NCBI GenBank assembly: GCA_036172245.1
Contig: JAYWIR010000029.1
Span: 2,170,001-2,234,000 of the forward strand
Direction: 5' to 3'
Length of the DNA stretch: 64,000 nt
Source of the DNA: Raillietiella orientalis
Lineage: Eukaryota
A program made the translations under genes and the position numbers. Under the pieces are notes generated by a model. That model saw only the letters and a list, made by a program, of their open reading frames with translations. It had not been told where the DNA came from and searched no databases. Position 1 is the stretch's first letter, and every line of letters starts with the position of its first letter. This document shows positions 24,081 to 36,928 of the stretch, piece by piece.

Positions 24081-26519
24081 AGGACAACGGAGAAAGGAGA
24101 CGGCGTTTTCTTAGTCGAGAAGCTCACTTGTTTCTCACGCCTTGTCGTCATGTATGCGCAACTTCTAGTTCTGCTATCGACAGGTCGTTATTATCCCCCC
24201 TCCACCCTTTTTTTTTCAATTTTCCAGATTTGGATGCAAATTCCGTTCTCCGTGGCGATAACGGAGGCTGCGTTCCAAGGAAGATGGCAGAGACTTGCAT
24301 TATGGAAAACTCACTTTCGCTTGTTATGGATATGCACGCGCGCTCACGTGTAGTAAATCTGTTATACACATTCATATGTACAGAGAGGGAGAAGGCAGGA
24401 CGGACGGGTCATCGTGTTAGTTGTGCACATCGTTGTATCCCACTTCTTGCTCCGGATGCGAAAAGGACGAGAGGGATTCTTCCAAGCGGTTTCACCAGAG
24501 CTCTCCCCATTAAGTAAAAATTGCGATTAAGTGTCCGATCGGCTTTCCCTCACATTTCTGGCCTCTGGTGCTGTACAACTCCTACATGACATCGAGTACG
24601 TGATGCTAGGACAAGTCACAGTCCATAATGGCGTCTGGCTTTGCTGAAACCATCTGCTCCGTGGGTTCCGATAGGAATAGGCTCAACCTTGGAGGGTCTC
24701 CAGAATTCTCGTGGACTTCACTGTGCTCCAGTCCTGACAAGCGTCTCCCTTGTTTCACTTTGCGTTGCCACTCTGGAAGTCCATTTTCTCGGGTTGATGG
24801 ATAGCTCAGCTTTTTGACACGAGCTGTGGAACTCCTGAAGTCCATTTTTGGATCCTGCAATTGACAATCAATTCGTCAGCACATGTCAGCCACGGGTCCT
24901 CTCCGAAAAACTCTCCCATCCTAGGAAATAGAGGCGCGATTGAAAAATTAAACAGCAAAGAGCTGAGGGGATATTTGTGCTTCGTCTCCATCTGGACATG
25001 GATGTCCCTCGTTGCTTGAGATCCTGCTTGTATGAAGAGACTCACATCGGTATGTAAATCTTCGGAGAGACCTCCTATTCCATCCTTCTGGAAGGTACCT
25101 TGCGTCAGTCTATGAGTGATGCCAAAATCAAGAGTCGACTGGTTCTATAAGGCCATGCCTAGACCCTTTGATGATCTGAGGAAGGCCTTAAGACTATGCC
25201 GAGAAGCATAAAGTTTTTTGTTGCAGGGGAAACGATCGGGCCATTTTCCCAGCCTTCTTGCAAGTCGCTCCGCAAGGAGGAGATTCACGCAAGCTCCCAT
25301 CCACGTTCATCTTCACTTCGTTACTTCTTTCGACACCGGCAGGTCTCAAGTGTTGGTTTTTGAGAGCTTCCAATGTATGGCAAATGTTGTGTTGGTGTGT
25401 GTTTCCACATGTTGGAATTTTCTCACCATCTGACACATGTGTTGGGAATAGAGAGAACACGATAGCCTCAGAGTTCACCGACTTCCATCCTCAGTATGAA
25501 ATGTCTGCCAATCCTAGGAAAGAATTTGCGGCTTCATGCGGTCTCAGAGCGATCACATCTACCCTGAGGAGCTTAAGATCGATTGAAGAGTCATGCCTTT
25601 CCTTCAAATCTTCTTTTCAGCTAGTTATGCATCCGTATCCCGTGGCATCTCGCATGCGGCTACCAAATCTTTCTCTGAACTGTAGGAATCTTGCGACACC
25701 TGCCTGGTTATCGAAGGACTGTCTTTTCGTCATTCTCTGACTGTCGATCCAATAAAGTTTCTGCATTTCTCTTCGGTCCATCGATTTTTATTTGCATTCG
25801 GTTAAGACGGAGCATTTGTTGCAACAGAATGTTTACAAAGAAACAGTAGAAGAAAAAGAATTTACTCATCTGCAGTGGGGTAAATTCTGCTGCATTCATT
25901 GCGGTCCGGGAGATGTCGCTGCTAACCAGCAGGCTACCCAGAGAGGTCTGCTTTAAAAAAAGATGGGAAAAGGGAAGAAGGAGGATCATATAAAAAAGGT
26001 AAACATCTTTACATGTGAGGAACCGTGGGAAGTGATTGCAGACTGTTCCCTAAAGTCCTCTGCATCCTCTGCAGGTTGCTAGCAATTCCCTCAGATTTCT
26101 TGAGATGCAGTCACATCGCTGTCATCCTCAAAGGGGAGATCACTACGAGACGTTGACGGTCTGGTTCCTTTCGGCGTGGTCTCCCAACGTGGTTGTTCCA
26201 CGAATACAGTGGGACGCTGCTATCGCCGGGACAAAAGACAATAAAAAAGGTGCTTCACCACGTCCCTAGGACTGCCCACAGAGAGTTGGAGGGCCCTTGC
26301 GAAACGCCTCGAAACTTGCCGGAGGGTAGCACGATCCACTAACACGGGATCTGAGAGCTTCCTCCTGGAGCGCGTCGGCTAACAAAGGCAGGGTAACTCA
26401 AAACAGCACTTTTAAGTTCCCGTGCAGCGTCTTTTATGACCTCAGTCAGCTGTAAGCCTTCTGGACTCTCGAACTTTCCAGAATCCTTGCCTTGGAAACT
26501 TTTTTGGACAGAGCAGAGT

Positions 26520-27900
26520 CATGGAGAAACCAAATCCTCGAACGCAGAGCTCGGCGTTCTAAGGGATCAGAGATAGAGGACCCAACCACGAGGACGCGAA
26601 GAACGATGCCCACATGCTGCTTTATTCAGGAATGATGAAAACATTCTCTGTCTCTTGGAAATCTAAGAATAGATCGAGATCGTTAAGCAAGAGTTGAACG
26701 GAATGGCCGAGAATTGGACTTATAAACGAAGTCATCAGACGAAGTCAGGGGGTAGCGATCCTGGTTGAAAACAAATAGTTACGCACTATCCAGGAATTTT
26801 CCTCAAGCCAAGACGTTAGCATCACGCATTATCCAGGATGTCCTGATCCGGAAACATCTATTTTTTCTACATGAACGTATAAGGACCACATAAGAATATG
26901 GAAGATGCTCAGAGGCTCCAAATGCAGATACTGGGAAGAGCTATCGACATGGAAGGAGGTGAAATTCACAACCGACGACAGAGCACTCGGGTTCTCAAGT
27001 CTAAGCGCCTGTCACACGCAGACTGACTACATCTTCTACCCAGATGATCTACTGAGACTCTTGTTGGGGTCTCCGAAAAGCGCAAACTTTGCTCCCAGAC
27101 CATCCTCTACTTTGCTCCACTTCAAGGTGAAGACCAAAAATACCAGAAGACAAGGTAGAAAGAAAGTGGGATTCCAGCAGGTCATCGAAAAAATCCTGGA
27201 GACCACCTTCTTTAGCAGGGTCGAATAACATGGCACGTCATCCATCTTTCTCTCTATATGAAATACGAAGGTAGGTGAATGTGAGCAGAAGGTAACCGTG
27301 AGGTGAATGCTCAGTTCTCACTCTAAGTGCCGGAATCAGTACCAGAAAAAGTACATAAAAAGAGATCAGTACATTGGAAAGGAAGAACATATCTTCGGGT
27401 ATCTCTCATTGGAAAGAGAAGACAGCGGGATCAGAATAACAGCATCTCCACAACATCGCAAGACTGAAGGTAATCAGGAAAATTAAACGCGCCTTGAGAC
27501 AAAAACTGGTCCTCCTTGTGGCATCTTTCGTTATTTTTCATCTCATAGGTGGCAGAACAGTGATTCTAGAGGACTCCGGAGAATGAGGGCGGCTCTCACT
27601 GAGAGGCAGTGCTCAGAGAGGGAGACCGCTTAGATGCCGAACTCAGATTCAGGTCTACAAAACCTAAAATCCCAACAAGTTGTGCAGTGCTGAATGGTTG
27701 CAGAATCCAAGGACAATCTGTCGACCAGACAACACTGACGAACGAGGCCTCGGAACTCACGTACAGTTCCGCTATTCAGCGATTGAGACAGCTCTGTGAA
27801 GACTCGATCTGCCACCAGGATCCAAGACGATCGCCTGGTGTTTTGCCACAGGAGGATTCCAATTGGTCTGAGAATTCGACAGTCAACCCCCATGCCAATT
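26520..27900 (+). pseudogene. Old, heavily decayed LINE endonuclease region
   Basis: Remnant motifs CCFIQE (~26615), SQGVAILV (~26743) and TFFSRVE (~27205) appear in APE-domain order. Confidence 0.5.
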
Positions 27901-27969
27901 TTTTCATAGTAACGGAGCGCTCGAAAACCTACTTCTCATCTCCATCCTCACCTTTATCTACGACTGGAA

Positions 27970-28990
27970 GGTGGTAGGGCAGCTCCGCCCGAATAGGTCC
28001 CAGGTGGGGCAATCTGACCGCTATTCGCAGAAAACAAACTGCGAACTGGACAGTGTCCCTCTCTTTTTTTTCTCTGTCGGCTTTGCTCCAGTTCGCCACA
28101 ATCCCGCGGATGTAGCAAAGCGCTGCTAGGACTTCGGCTGGCCTCAGGGAGTCCGCACAAAGAGGAGCTGTAAAAGCTGAGGGTGCCAACCGGGATCCGG
28201 AGGGCCGTTCACATAAAAACCGGAGGGCAAGACAGTCCACTAGCAGGTGTGGAAGGGATTCCCGGTCTCCGCAACCTGCGAAAGTCCGAGCTCGTCCTCC
28301 CCAGCGTCCGGTGTGTCGACGTGAGCTGCAGGGAAGACCCCAGTGCAACAGCAGGACTCTGCCACTTCAGGGGGTAAGTGCTGCTATTCTTGAGCACTGG
28401 AAGCCACTCCTGCGATCTCTCAGGAGAGCTCCCACCTCGGCCTTTGGCTTTTTCCAAGTGCCCTTCACAGGAAGGGAAACGTTGCCGCAAGGGAGGTCCG
28501 CTCCGCCTACGCGATCATGCTCATAGGATTCTCGAAGATCTTCCGTAGTGAGCCGCGGGTGCAATGCCGAGTTGCAGGCAATTCCATTCTTTGGAGTTCG
28601 GCTCGTTCGTCTCCGCCCACGTGCCAGCTGTTTCTTCGAGCCAGGTGCTCGAGTTGGCAGGGCCATCCAGCCGTCCTCCTTCGCCAAGGTGGCCATGCGT
28701 CCGAAAAGAATTTCTTCCTTATTCTCTCCAGAGAGATTTTTGGAGGGGTCCACTACATTTTCCTTCTCCGGAGGAAACTCGCAAAGGAACCGTTTCCTGT
28801 TACTCCTCTGAAGAGAACCCTGAAGGTACGCTTCCCAGTTTCTCAGAGGGACGCTCCACAAAGAAAGCCACACGCTTCTTTGCACTCTAGAGAGGCCCCT
28901 CCCTGAGGGGAGTATCGACCAGTTCCATGGTAGCTTTCACAACCTAAGAGAAACCCCAAAGGCAACCGGCTCCTTGATGTCCGGGAAGGA
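27970..28990 (-). mobile_element. LINE fragment: 5'-family segment (28990-28715) fused to an ORF2 C-terminal segment
   Basis: MATLAKEDGW, GCGDRESLPHLLVDC and LAALCYIRGIVANW. The upstream part matches 23060-23250 and 39140-39340. Confidence 0.8.
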
Positions 28991-29029
28991 CCTCGGAAGG
29001 TCAACTTCTAATTCCGGAGGCCAGTCAAC

Positions 29030-29730
29030 GGGTCATCCGGGGGTTTCCGGCCTCCAACAGTGCCGCTGCTGCACGGGGGCCTCCCGTGCAACTCCCGCAG
29101 ACATCATTGGACACGGAGGGGAGTATTGGTTCCGAACTATGAGAGATGCGGGGAGCGGAAATCCTTCCCTCACCTCCTAGTGGACTATGTTGTCCTTCGA
29201 CCCCTTTGGAGAACGCTTTGCTGCGCTCCTGGGAACCCCCGGCGGCGACGCCAGAGACGTTTGAAAGCGCCTCTTCCTGTGCGACGCCCGCACGCCGACA
29301 GGCCGCATCCCCGGCAGCACTTTGCTGCCCATGCGGCGGGACCCTGGCTGCATGCAGCAACGCCAGAGAAGGCCAGAACTACTGGGACGCCATCTATTTT
29401 GCTGTCCTCTTCACGAGGATAGAGTCGAGATGGTCCCATCTGGCAGTCTTGAAACAGGAACTTGCCAGCATCCTTACAAAGATGCAGAGGACATCCTGCA
29501 GCACACAGTGAATCCTTTCCCGAACCCCCCTATTTTTTTGACTGTATATTTTTTTTCTATTTTTTGTTTGTCTCATCTTTCCCTGGGCTACCGAGGCGAA
29601 CCCCCCGGCCTGCGTGCTAGTTCCCAGAAGGTTCCTTCTCGTAGTTATAAGTAACGTGGCAGCATTAAACGTCCTGCCACAGACGTGTGTGTTTATTTTT
29701 TATAATCAAGCGCCCCGGCGTGACCGGGTG
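29030..29730 (+). mobile_element. LINE 3' end fragment
   Basis: Decayed zinc finger PNYERCGERKSFPHLLVDY, then WDAIYFAVLF..RWSHL, then 3' UTR hairpins. Confidence 0.85.
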
Positions 29731-29841
29731 TCAACCAATACTGCCGCATCCGAAGCTACCCGAGGCCAACCAGCTCATCCTGCAGGGGGGACTAGAACTA
29801 AGCACTCACCCTTCATTTCTCTGGCGTCGATTCTTTATTTT

Positions 29842-32800
29842 CACCCGGTCACACCGGGGCGTTTATTGTAAAAAAAAACTATTTACAAAGAAAAAAAGTC
29901 ACATAAAATAATAAAAAATTCCGTCCTTCATAGTAGCTTTACCCAAAAAAACAAAAGTTCAGTTTAAAAAAATGCTTGGGAAGGTAAGGAAGGGATCATG
30001 GATTTCTTCCCGACGTCCCCTCAGCATTCTCTGGAGGATGCTGGCAACTTCCTCCTTTCGTTGGCAGAGATGCGGCCATCTTGGCGCCTTCCTCATGAAG
30101 GAGCGGAAGATTTGGATGAACCCATCGTTCGAGTGGCCTCTTTCGGCGCGGTCAACCTCTCTGCTGTTGTCCAGCGGGAGTGGTAGAGCCGCAGGAAGTC
30201 ATTTTCAGACGTTCAGGAGGGCAACACAATCCAGCAACAGGCCTTCACCTGGCACAGTCTGGAACCACACTCCTCTTTGTCCAGTGGTGGACTCATGCGT
30301 TGCTTGGGACCACCCAGTGCAGCAACTGCAATGCCGAGTCCTACCACTTCAAGGGAATTGTGGAGCTGTCCACAAACACTGGGAATATTTCTGCCTCCTC
30401 AGGAGGAATGTCCAGGAGTTCCATCCAGAGACGAATTCCTTTGGGGAGGGCAGCAGGGGTACATGCGTCATTCAGTGGACGTGCCGTCCAGTTTCCTAGC
30501 TGCTTCTTTTTTCCTGCGATCTCACAGAATACTTCCTATCTCTCAGGGCTCTCGCTATTTCCACTTTGTCGGGTTGGACTGAGCACGGCTGCAAGTGGGG
30601 CATTCAGTGGTCGGGCGGCCTTCCTCGGGCAGTCCATGATTTTCTGCAACGAGCAGCGAGCGCAGCTCGAGAATCGCAAGCATCGCGATGGCTCCGGGCT
30701 CGTGCTGTTTCCTTTCTCCCACGCCTGAACTGTTTCCTGCTTCCAGGCACTACATTTGGCGGGGCGGTAGGGAATCCATCTGTACTCCTGGACCAAGTTG
30801 GTACCCGCATCGGGGCAACTCTCGGTGCACGAGGAACGTACCGAGTTCCTTGGCGCAGGCTGCTCGCTTGGCCAGGAGTCTGGTTGGGACTCACCAACGG
30901 GTGGTCCAGAACTTCGCTGCTAGAACTGGAGCTAAGGCTTCATCCTCTCCAGAAGCAGGTCACCGAGTGCTGAGGAGCAACGGGTTCAGGATATCTCCTT
31001 GCTGAATTCCGCGCCAAGGGTGCGTACGCAGTACACCTGTCGGCCGCTGAAAAAAAATATTAATCATCGCGTTGCTCCAGCAGAAGCGCAGGTAGGCCAG
31101 GAGGACATCCGGGAATTCTATGCGTTCCAGAAGTTCCAAAAGGAGCTCTTGGTTGGCGCAGTTGAATGCCTTTTGCAAATCGACTGCGACTGCAAGGACT
31201 CCCGGCGCCTTCGACTCAACGTGGCCTCTTCATCCCTGACCATCTCGAAATTCAGGATTCCTTTGGCCGACTGGTGCGACGGTTTGTTGCAACTGAAGTC
31301 AGGAGCTGACCAGGAACAGATTGGTTTCCAAGCTTCGTCCGGGAACAGCGTACTTTTGCTCCGGACTGATGAATGTTTCCGCCAACCGCCCCAGGCGTTC
31401 GGTTCATAGCTTGGCGAGCAGCTTGGCGTCCGTGTTGATTACGGTAATCGGACTCCAGTTGCTTATGCTGCGGTGGTCCCCTCCCTCTGGGAGGAGATGT
31501 GCTCTTGCTAATCGGAAAAAGGCGGACACCTCGCCTGTCTCCAGAATCAGTGTGCACATCCGATGCACCAATAGGGTCAGCTCTGCCGAGAAACACTGGT
31601 GAAATTCAGCCAGCAGGCCGTCCTCCCATAATGCTTTCTTCCTCTTGAGCTCGCCGATGGCAGAGATGATTTCTCCAGTCGTGAACGGCTCGCTCAAGGG
31701 AGTTCACGACTCCTTACCGATCGCGGGAACGCCTTCAGGCGTCAGTCTCTGCGCAAAGTCGCGTTCCGGTGGTGCTCTCGCATAAAGAAAGGAGTAAAAA
31801 TTGGCTCAAGAGTATTTCTGCCAGGGACGAGCACCCTTGGCTCTGGCCGTCCATTAAGCTGGCCATCCCCGACTGTTAAGCTCGTCGTTCAGTCTTGGCT
31901 TTCATCTTGACCAGAAGACGAACGTGTGGTCTTTGTTGCAAGTACTGAGCTTGGAGATACATGTGCTCGTTGAGCATTCCCTCACCAAACCCGGAGGGGA
32001 GGTGGTCCACAGGGAAGCTCGTGCAGAACTAACTGAGCGCTTGATCTCGTCCCAGTCTTCGAGTTGCTGCACACTGACATCTCGCAGGAAGTTACGGAGG
32101 TGTTCTGCAGCCTCCGGGAGATGGAGCCAATCCCTTGGTAGGCGTCATTTATGTACCGAGTGGGAGTAATTCCAATCTAATTCGGTCGTGGTCCGACAAC
32201 GCGTTCGCTCCTTTCCACGATAACCGACCCGCGAGCGCAGGTGGTTGTCAAGGAAGACGTGATCGATGCTGCCCTCATGCCGGTGACCCCAGTCAGCAAG
32301 TTGCATGTGTGCAGTGCTGCGCACATCTCGTCAACCAGGTTGAGCTGGTCGCTAGACCTTCCTGAAAGTAGAGGGATGTTGAAATCTGCTGTCAGTGGGT
32401 TCTCCACGCATCTGCTTCCGCCGACCATTCGCGCTTCAGGGCTTCGAAGAATCTGGTCCTCGCCCCGCGCACGTTGAAGCCGTTTGGTGCGTGTACGTTC
32501 GCCACGACGAGGTTGATAGATCCGGATCACTTGAGGACAAGTTGTCTACTCGACCTTCCTCGTCGAACTGAGCGTCTCGCACGCACGCTCTCCACAGTTG
32601 GTTTCAGCGAAAAGGCGACCTCGCACGAGTGCGCCGAGCCGCAGTGCCAATGCTGCTTGCCGCCGTGCATTGCTTCATTTTACTGGATTCTTCTTTAGAG
32701 ATCTTGTGGAAGATTCTCTTGCAGAAGCACCATGTCGAACGGTCGCACGAAGGCGGCTGCATCCTGTCTCCTGGCGTCGTCACGTGGGCCGTTGACGTTC

Positions 32801-34640
32801 CAACAGGCTCCACGTAGTCGCCGGTAGGAGCCGAGAGCACGCGTTACTGCTGGCATGTCGGTTCTGCGGTTCCCACCTGCTGCTCAGGAGGGGCAGTAGT
32901 CAATGATGGAGGAGGTGAAGGGATGACCTCTCTCTTCTGCTCCTCCTCCTTCACCTTTGTTCTTCTTCTGGAGCGGATGATCCTTTCCGAGGAGGACTCC
33001 CACGAACCAACCTGCATCCTTTCGGCTTCCGGAGCTGATGCCTCCTTTACCTGAGGACATGAATCCTCCCTCGGGACCTTGGGCCTCTTTGAGGCGGTTT
33101 CCGTTGCTTCCGTTTCTCCGCTGGCGCTTAGCTTATCCAGGTCAGAGTCGTAAGCCATGCTGAGGTTGCCTTCCGCGAGACGCGTCACGGCCTTTTTTTT
33201 TTGGAGGCCTTTATTTTCGAAGGTGTTGGCTTCATTACCTTCTCGGAAGAGAAGGCAGTAGCGTTGCAACGACCTTCGTTGCTATCAATCGGTTCGTCGA
33301 TCACGATTTCCATGGCTGCGTTCACGTTTTCGATCGTTGCCTTGATCGCGCTAACCTGCTGAAGCGTCTCCTTGCAGTCCTGCGGCTGCTTAGCTATCGC
33401 TTTCACGTTGTCGCGATTTTTTCCGTTTGGGGGAGGGTTTTTTCCTTTTCTTTTTTGATGTTGCCACCTGCCATCCCGCTTCATCAGTCACTTCTTCCCC
33501 TCTTTTGGAAGTTTCTTTTGATGATGTATGGTTTGGCTGCGGTGGAGATCTTTCCTTCTTCCCCTTGCTTCCACTCTTTCCCTCGCGCTGCCTCTTCTCC
33601 AGCTTTGAGCTTGGAACGTTGAGGACGAGTCTTTTGAGGCAAACAAACTTCATGAAGCCCTTCAGTCCGAATCCCTAACAAGTAATTTCCGGACGCCTTC
33701 TCTCCAGGCGCTCGGTTTTATTGCAATGGCTGCATAATCTCGGTTTCCCCGGGAACCAGAGATCAAGGTAAAGTCCTCCGATTTCCATAGGGTAGGGAAG
33801 CTACTTGCCTTCGTGTGAGGTCAAGCCTGCTGCAGCCAGGTCGCTAATCAGTCCCTCATATCCGGGGAACAAGTTTGACTTGGTCCAGTACGAGTGGACC
33901 GTCGCGTATTCTTCGAGCTGATGGAGGACTTCACGCTCGTCCATGTGTAGCCGTAAGCCTCGTAAGTGGTGCGCCGTTTGGGGTAGAGTCTCTTGCGTTC
34001 GGTGGTTATAGGGATGTTCAGCAGTCGCTGATCAAGAGCTGTCTCTTTGCAGGTCAGCTCAAAGACTTCATCCCTGCTCACCACACAGAGTCCTCCGAAG
34101 TCTCCCTTCTCGACGCTCGCGTTGTGTAACTCCTCTGCTAAGGAACGCTAAACCTAATCGGCCTACCTTGTAGAGAAGAGCAGGCCGATAATTCTGGGTC
34201 ACATAGCCTCCGTTTCTGCCTAGGCAACGAGTGTGGCAGCCGAGACCACTTGCTTCCACGCCCTTGTATTCCCGGAATTTCTCCACCCTCGGGAGCTTCG
34301 ATAGCTTCCGTCTCCATTGGAGCTGGTCGTGGAGTCTTCGCATCACCTCCGCCCCCCATAGCGGCGATGTTTGGTATTTCTGCCATTACGCCGTTTTGTC
34401 CACAGCCACCACACAAATTTGAAGGAAAAAAACACCACTCGCTGGAGTCCGCGGAGCCTCGCGAAACTCGGTCGCCCTGTACGGATATTCGAACCCGCAA
34501 GGCTTTGGTACCACGTGCGGAGACCACACGGCCTCCAACTCGGGTTCCAGTTCTTGGAAGTGCTCTCTCTGTTCGGAAGGTGGCCGAGGTGAACAGGCAA
34601 CAGTTGACGGCAAAACCTTCACATGGTGTCTTTCTTTTTT
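29842..34640 (-). mobile_element. Near full-length, inactivated L1/Tx1-like non-LTR retrotransposon (ORF1 plus APE endonuclease-RT ORF2)
   Basis: ORF1 has a decayed double zinc knuckle, YLDLWFPGKPRLCSHCNKTE..ITC*G.GLKG.MKFVC (33770-33639). Endonuclease motifs: WNVNG (32802), NVHAPN (~32495), ADFN (~32390), IDHVFL (~32265), SDH (~32195). RT motifs: EPFTTGEI..EDGL..NWSPITVINTDAKLLAK, QKAF, GIQQGDILNPLLL. The 3' end has AATAAA and a terminal hairpin at 29861-29842. Many frameshifts; the 5' limit is approximate. Confidence 0.9.
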
Positions 34641-36928
34641 CAGTATTTATCTTCTGTTATCTTCCTTATTTCTTGGCTAAAGAGTTGCTGCCTCCTGTAT
34701 TAAGGTTCATCATCTTATCCACACTTGAGGTCCTGTTTCCAAACACCAAAACCTGAGTCGGTCATGCAGCCTATATCTGCTTTTACTTTTGTAAACTAAT
34801 CTCAACGTTCTGTTTCCTCTTTTGTCTTTCAGGAAGTATTCGAAGTCTAATTCTTCTGCTCTACGGTTCTCCTGACACGCCTTTCCTAGTTCCGTTGACC
34901 ATAAACCTTTTTGTCCCGAGCAGAACGTGACACTTTGAATTATCACAGTTTTCTTTGTTGGTGATGGTTCACCCTTCAGCTGCCTCCATGAACTCATTCA
35001 TCCTAGGGTCCTCTGCTTTCATCTTCATTGGTGAATATGCATTTTCATGGAAAAGATTTTCGTTTTCCGAGGTCTATTATCCTTGGAATCCTTTGATTTG
35101 CTCCAGACTTGAGTTCGTGTACTGACGTGGGTCAGTACCTGAGGGCATCCGTTCGGTCATCGGGTCGAAGTAGTTTCTCCCCTTGCTTTCTGATCCCAAA
35201 GCCAACCCCCTCAGGAAAATCAGTTTCCATGTCGAGTGGAAGAGATCTTTTCGGATGCCACATGGTCAAAACAGAAATGTTTCTAAGCAACGTCGCTCGC
35301 AGCAATAGCAAAGGGAAAATTAAAAAACTCAAAGATGCACAAGCGTATGTTTCCAAATCCATAAATCTGCTCCAGGGAGAAAAAATGCCTCCATTTTGGG
35401 GGTTTCGCTGAGACCGCACCCATGAGGGGCTATTTTGGGAAGTGATTCGATTGCGAAGAATCTAAAAACTAAGTGGAGCCGCATACTCGTGAAGAAAGCC
35501 CTTACGTGTTGGCAAGCCACGTCCTGCACAGCTCCTCTCATAGGAACAAGGAATCTCAAGGAGTCTGCAGACAACGAGAGGGGAAGAAAGCAAAGAATTT
35601 CATCTCCTCGAATCAGCTCTGCATCTCGGATCTTAAACGAGGAAGTTCAGTAACGCCTGGAACGTCCTTTGTTTCAGCTGTCGCCTGGGCAGGATCATGC
35701 CATAAAACACCGCCCCTTGAAATGTAGACACGGTATGTTTACCGGGACGTGCCTTTTCGTGCGTGCTCGCGGGCGTTTGCATGCGTGGGATTCTCGCACG
35801 GCACGAAGTCGAGCAGCTCCCAGCCGCAGTCCGCATGCGGCCGCCACTGATTGAATTCAGCGGGCACGGGATGACGAAATGAATGGGAACGTCTTGCTTT
35901 CGGGGTCTTCAGGCGACCTTGCCGAGAAATGGATGGAGGTGATGGATCCGCAGGACCATTGCGTTTGCAAACTTCCAAGGAGTGAACGAATGCGTGCAGG
36001 CAACTGAAGCACGTGGCCCGTGAGCTTCGCCGGGTGTTCCTTCCGAAGTCCATCTCGGAAAGTGAAGGGCGCGGGCTGCTGCATGCGCGTTCACTTAGGC
36101 ATCATAGCGGCTAGGGACAACCTCGGTCAGACCGGAAGAGGTCACCGTCCCCTGCGAGAATCTGCGACGGTGGAAATCGGCATGCGAAGCGAGGATTAAA
36201 CTAAAGAAACCTCAATCCTTTCGGTTCAGGAACAGTTCGAGCATTGGGCGGGCGTCGGCAAGAAGTCACGGCGCCATCGTGCCAGTTTGGAGGTCACCGA
36301 TCAACCGTATTTTTATGCGGTGGCATGAAGGAAATTACCCTCGAAATTGAATAGACGGCAACGAGGAGAGACCGGATCGGAGGAGGAAAACTTGGAATTT
36401 TGTGAGTAGCTGAATCCACGCTCACTTTGAAGAATCTCACGGTGTTTAATTTTTACATCTTCCTCTACAAAAATACGCATTTCCGCTTCATTTCAAGGAA
36501 TCATCCCATCCCATTGGGCAACGCACGTTTTCGTTGAGTAATTAGCAATCAATCGAATATTTTGCTTGAAAGCTCGTGTTCCGGTGAAAAGCAAAGATGC
36601 TCGGACAAGAAGAAGAAATCGCAACCAAAAAAGATAAAAAGAAAAGAAAAGAAGAGGAAGACTTTTCGTAAGAGGCACCAATCCCGTGCACTTTTACAAA
36701 GTTCAATGACACCTCGTGTCTCAAAGTCTACGGCGAGTGACGAATACGTGCATACACATATAAAGATGCGCGCTGCACTCGCAAATGAGCTGGCAAACAG
36801 GCAAAAGTAAACACCTGCCTGTACACTCCAGCACTTGTACAGGAACATGTGTTCTAGCACATTCATGTGTTTGCACTTGTGCATGCAGAATCAGCAGGAG
36901 GCCTCATGTTGCGAGAGGTGAAGCAGCT

